From a virus, in IMG/VR virus record IMGVR_UViG_3300027913_000404: DNA of 64,000 nt; one strand, 5' to 3'. The notes beneath the pieces were generated by a model. The model was given only the letters and a program-made list of their open reading frames with translations. It was not told the DNA's origin and did no database searches. Both the position numbers and the translations under genes were made by a program. This document shows, piece after piece, positions 62,101-64,000 of the stretch (position 1 is the stretch's first letter; every line of letters begins with the position of its first letter).

Positions 62101-64000
62101 TTCTTGTACTCATCAGGCGCACGCATTTCCAGCGCAGCGAGTTGGTTACGCATGATGTAGTTGCGCCCATGCACTGCATCTCGTACTTCTCGTGACGTAC
62201 TAAAACGGCTATGATACCACGTTTCAGATGTTGGCGTACCAGTTACCGGATCACGCATTTGCACTTCCGTGCCATCAAACTTCGCACGCGTAGCCGATGT
62301 CAATAGCGCCCTGTCTGCGTCGACGTCACCACGCCACACAGCGGCCACGGTGGGCGACACGGCATAGCTGCGCCCCAAGTTCTCGATCGGTACACCATAC
62401 ATTTCCTGCGCCATGCGTTCCGTCATCACCTTCATCGGAACACCTAACTGGTTGAACATATCAGACACAGGACGACGCGTACCCAGGACATAGAAAGGAC
62501 TCTCGCCACTTTCTAGTTTCTGCGTGAAGGCGTCCATCTTGCTTTGTGCGTCAGGATCTCGACGGTTGATGCCACCCAACTTGCGCAGCACAGAGTCGCC
62601 CACGATCACCACGTCATCGGGGATCGACATATGCGAGGTGAAGGTTCCTTCTGCTCCACGATCAAGCCGCGCGCCAAGCGCTTCACGACGCACGTTGTGA
62701 CCAGCCGCAAAGGTTTGTAGGTTCTCAGAAAACTTGGCAAGCGCCTCTGTGGGATCTTGCCCAGTTCCCATCAACTTCAACGCCTGAATGTACGAAGACA
62801 CAAACGTGCTTTGCTCTTGCCCGTTCAAGCCCTTGACAGACTTGCCCATCACATCAGCGGGAGAAGGAAGCAGTACGCCATCAGGGCCAACAATGGCAGA
62901 ACGGCCATGCCCGCGCTCTTGCAGCTCGCGTGCGAGGTTGGAGATCAGCTTGCGGGATGTACCTTCATCCTCAAGATCACCTTCCAGGTTCAGACGTGCA
63001 GACATCCACGGCAGCATATCATGAGAGATTGCGCCCTTCGGTACGGCCCCACTAGCAGCAGCAGCAGCCACGCCCCAAATGCGAGACGCCGCATTGCCCT
63101 GGCCCATGAGCTTCTTTGCCATGCCGGAGAACCCGCCCATGCCCATTTGCATCAACTCTTCTGCGCTATGCATGGGCTTCTTGCCAGGATATTCCATACG
63201 AATACCGGCAGCAATGGGCAAAGCATAACCAGTATGCTCCATCTCAAACTTGGCAAACTCAACGTCACCCTTCATGTAGCGCTGAATGTTCTTGGCATTC
63301 CCCGCGTTAGTAAATGCACCTAGCCTGGAAACAGGTACATCATACTCTTGCGTAAACTGGAATCTGCGTTGATCTGCATAAGCCTTCATCCTGTCAATGA
63401 CTTCAGGAGCCGACTTCTGCCAATTCTTGCTCTGAATAATACTGTCCGAAATGCCCATGCCGCGCAAGGTTTCTTCGGGCAACTGATCAAACATCGAAAA
63501 GTAGTTCTGCATCCAGTCTTTGGGCATGGGCAGAACCATGCGCGGATCTTGCACATCACCAGGAAGCACACCAGCAGCAATAGCCGAACGCACCTTTTGC
63601 TGCATTCCCTTGATAATCTCTGAGGACTGGAAAAATAGCGCCTTGTGTCCACCGTGCATCAGCTTGGCCGTGCCACTCTCGAATGGATGTACCGTCTCGA
63701 TCAGCGCTTGATAGCCGCTCTTAGTCTTGCGGTAGCCGTACAGGTTTTGGATGACGCCATCCTTGCCAGGCAGCGATTCCAAGTCCTGCATTTTGCCACC
63801 GATCTTCTGCTGGCCGATGAAGACATCTTCACCCGCGGAACTCCAATCAACACCCATCTGCTTGCGGATGTTCCACTGGATTTTTTGCAAGCCAAGGAAC
63901 CCGCCCCTGCGGGTTACGGTTTCGTAATCACTGGTAGGGCCAAAGTCCACTTCCCAGTCTTTACCCGCGCGCATGGGGCGCTCAATGGTCTTTGGCCGAT
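56112..64000 (-). CDS. giant tape-measure-like protein with N-terminal two-barrel RNA-polymerase-like motifs (5' end outside the window)
   Basis: frame open to the window edge; KLMHGGHK (63642-63665), TRRP (62469-62480), DVDAD (62313-62327); TMP-type GGPV..PYVVGEDGPELFIP, Gly/Ala hydrophobic stretch, Q-rich coiled coil, C-terminal VNFILDGELI. Confidence 0.8.
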   Translation of the reverse strand, partial: RPKTIERPMRAGKDWEVDFGPTSDYETVTRRGGFLGLQKIQWNIRKQMGVDWSSAGEDVFIGQQKIGGKMQDLESLPGKDGVIQNLYGYRKTKSGYQALIETVHPFESGTAKLMHGGHKALFFQSSEIIKGMQQKVRSAIAAGVLPGDVQDPRMVLPMPKDWMQNYFSMFDQLPEETLRGMGISDSIIQSKNWQKSAPEVIDRMKAYADQRRFQFTQEYDVPVSRLGAFTNAGNAKNIQRYMKGDVEFAKFEMEHTGYALPIAAGIRMEYPGKKPMHSAEELMQMGMGGFSGMAKKLMGQGNAASRIWGVAAAAASGAVPKGAISHDMLPWMSARLNLEGDLEDEGTSRKLISNLARELQERGHGRSAIVGPDGVLLPSPADVMGKSVKGLNGQEQSTFVSSYIQALKLMGTGQDPTEALAKFSENLQTFAAGHNVRREALGARLDRGAEGTFTSHMSIPDDVVIVGDSVLRKLGGINRRDPDAQSKMDAFTQKLESGESPFYVLGTRRPVSDMFNQLGVPMKVMTERMAQEMYGVPIENLGRSYAVSPTVAAVWRGDVDADRALLTSATRAKFDGTEVQMRDPVTGTPTSETWYHSRFSTSREVRDAVHGRNYIMRNQLAALEMRAPDEYKKYISELTPGRRAAFEKGDTLALSEALHGIDVDWNESKKWSDELVKDPQKNLPMGYSYYADPKNGTTFTRQGMLAEFEKTAKSKMLMGRGYNRYLRGLTSLAQSPEELQAAVTMASGIYQKALDNQKMSKGELMMFNAMEAWGPGGAMYDKFDKEEGYVGGGAAWTGGAAGIGSVLADAITKMDAPASVRAMLFSRDPAIRDAVMTGDTYNILQAIDGGRGEVRGAEEFLYDPSRAGILPQLVFSMHFSKGSMTEFVENEPNKWKKAAYQAYAEQGNRIRSMTRVLGRGEKDGLPLSAYTSKNMKGEDVAMPGAIGDIRNMGGLNPLPDWQIAMARRMGMGPGFFAGPEAWNKLGIPGRRMGGPVSEDEPYVVGEDGPELFIPKTAGDIKRLDPATQARLQNAADPAAEFKRIQEERQARAATVGKSDPGYDQGTVPPTAGGAATFGAAKISANQAFEDLDNQGWEHYNPPSLGPNRRHPRYGEEDIPEKDRPQYVAAMQSAMRGEDLPQNPYAQIAQEQVERLKTHKEIDATYRPWLIPTLQEMAPLGTQLEMNVRSSGRDHYSIRAKYTDMGLIGNARSLMEGMVREGLEGGYTPAVKQMMEQGYQHKGIGQGMVRSVRNLMDTNLDTANSKQAWSMWDDAQKVRGALGEDAPEALLDRMEKLDETINKLTEVEKKRVEQVQKEIEANPNYQQTQAAFQNAIAAQAAGGSAAIFSPAQSKLFAQLHGVRKMGGMATDDIDQAFEKSELEKGLAGLGGDAKTGKFAALKKLLGLGGPGDDGGDEKGGLGGIFTEMTLGFTAFRARMAWNMATGAQQGWMQNFLGEEQSAIGAALAGGAVAGPSGSLSPFIRSQAAIANTKAAMGEGVAQVYAPLAGMVGGLNMGAFAGAAATLAGTPLGVGSVLGLSAKMIGNGLGASGAGLLAAAGPIGMIGAGLTFAGLATSYAHGLGESWTSQPEGSVGSAIGRAIRPGQIAAEQAGIPSVLGTLSMLTPGSGVYNRLPYVQEQIQEEERSILPGTLQGDAQGLRSYIRSQYGNRVNVDQFLGLTGSALQLGGVKAQELYEGRAPEIDKLLQKWATYIEGGASPEQLYSSQLTSVNAAGVPMGAQAVSWMNQFATVIPGEQRQIYEQAFQSLSPLSSATMRPTTFEEAQRAVELAKSTGSMQRGVNMTMGEAGVGWFTGTFGLTQEGARAREIGGYLSQRSAAQQETIQRYGGTVAGSAARMGLPPHYAPALSEQLALENPDDILRVSNLVVQAESVALEAGMGQIGFQELLYAAKNTNIQDRTQAGQQWFMTTYAGSAGIAPQAWMPHSERARDFERSFANLDEKAYDSARVAAGILNQAYPNQGYSQEQLSALLWKLEKGDASIGELSMTTSAEAGRTGIAAAMGTPLGSPGASRIDQAFVLGTSPFPDGSFEQMTPGQVSALPGYLNSPLYQYMNNDQKVAIAPQIGQAFNQLWYGQISQYQFNRIQEGYTGSTPWGFSAQQGFGPGSLTDRLGRQYGMYSGDPGSSTWTASNGGQYAPLFDLQQGAGYASLGYASAANEAQSRQFARQQAQMRREWGSGPFQSMEAVQAALSRPKDKLGNLVPSINLTGKPGDEGYDPASEIQVSGSVGDLQVGESTIGYAQQESAIRRQMWQESVAAQQQSIQFSRQSLEISRQELGIAKQELELSKQQYGVQREYKLSEQQAQRGMQLRQYEWAAEDYSIKVERTGVTQQWQMEDLQRSRRYSTGRQRVEIERQIERTQLTQGWERDDQSRGRNRELETQRYQDARYEAAVAFEQKLHELQMKRFELQDQRMALQDQRLALQDAQLAAQEARLNNQTVLQEKLNKLEDDRFKAQYEQTQAQMVDDEKMEKLRKSTRDAEIAYQAASLANAATLKTAQEEFAKGLEGIEGPLDKLIEFLNAIRNWQKPPDPVPPTEEENNDSGRSLTRSTSGRSPMGEASMSSTMSGTSGTPTIVNFILDGELIMQAVATPERLRPVVQEVNKRDKWR

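Overview
This is a 64-kb segment of a tailed dsDNA phage or phage-plasmid genome. The host is probably Chloroflexota (Anaerolineae/Caldilineae-like), inferred from the SSB, DnaN and DnaB sequence style and a PT-linker lipoprotein. Layout: (1) 1-23.2 kb (+): small early/middle genes, RNase H, a DUF4326-NADAR-like fusion, WYL, SSB, beta-clamp, a methyltransferase-helicase fusion and a TnpB-only IS200/IS605 element. (2) 23.2-27.5 kb (-): TerS-like HTH, membrane-FtsK-membrane genes and a ParB-like gene. (3) 27.7-40.2 kb (+): Cro-like HTH, HNH, replication initiator with iterons, intein-containing C5 methyltransferase and a DnaB-DnaC-like fusion. (4) 40.5-64 kb (-): late tail and lysis genes. The main protein highlight is the giant, 5'-truncated tape-measure-like protein, whose N-terminal part carries both beta-like (KxxHGxxK) and beta'-like (RxP...DxDxD) two-barrel RNA polymerase motifs, suggesting a tail-tape-fused virion RNAP. 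The non-coding layer is unusually dense. It includes a hammerhead ribozyme, several structured-RNA candidates, a strand-oriented covarying hairpin family (16 copies), a dispersed 15-bp palindrome (13 exact copies) and a clustered 12-bp palindrome array; both palindromes also occur inside the HTH-coding part of the parB-like gene. There are also hairpin RNAs with loops antisense to translation-initiation regions, one matching the parB RBS/start 19 kb away over 15/15 nt. All calls come from reading motifs by eye; no database searches were run.
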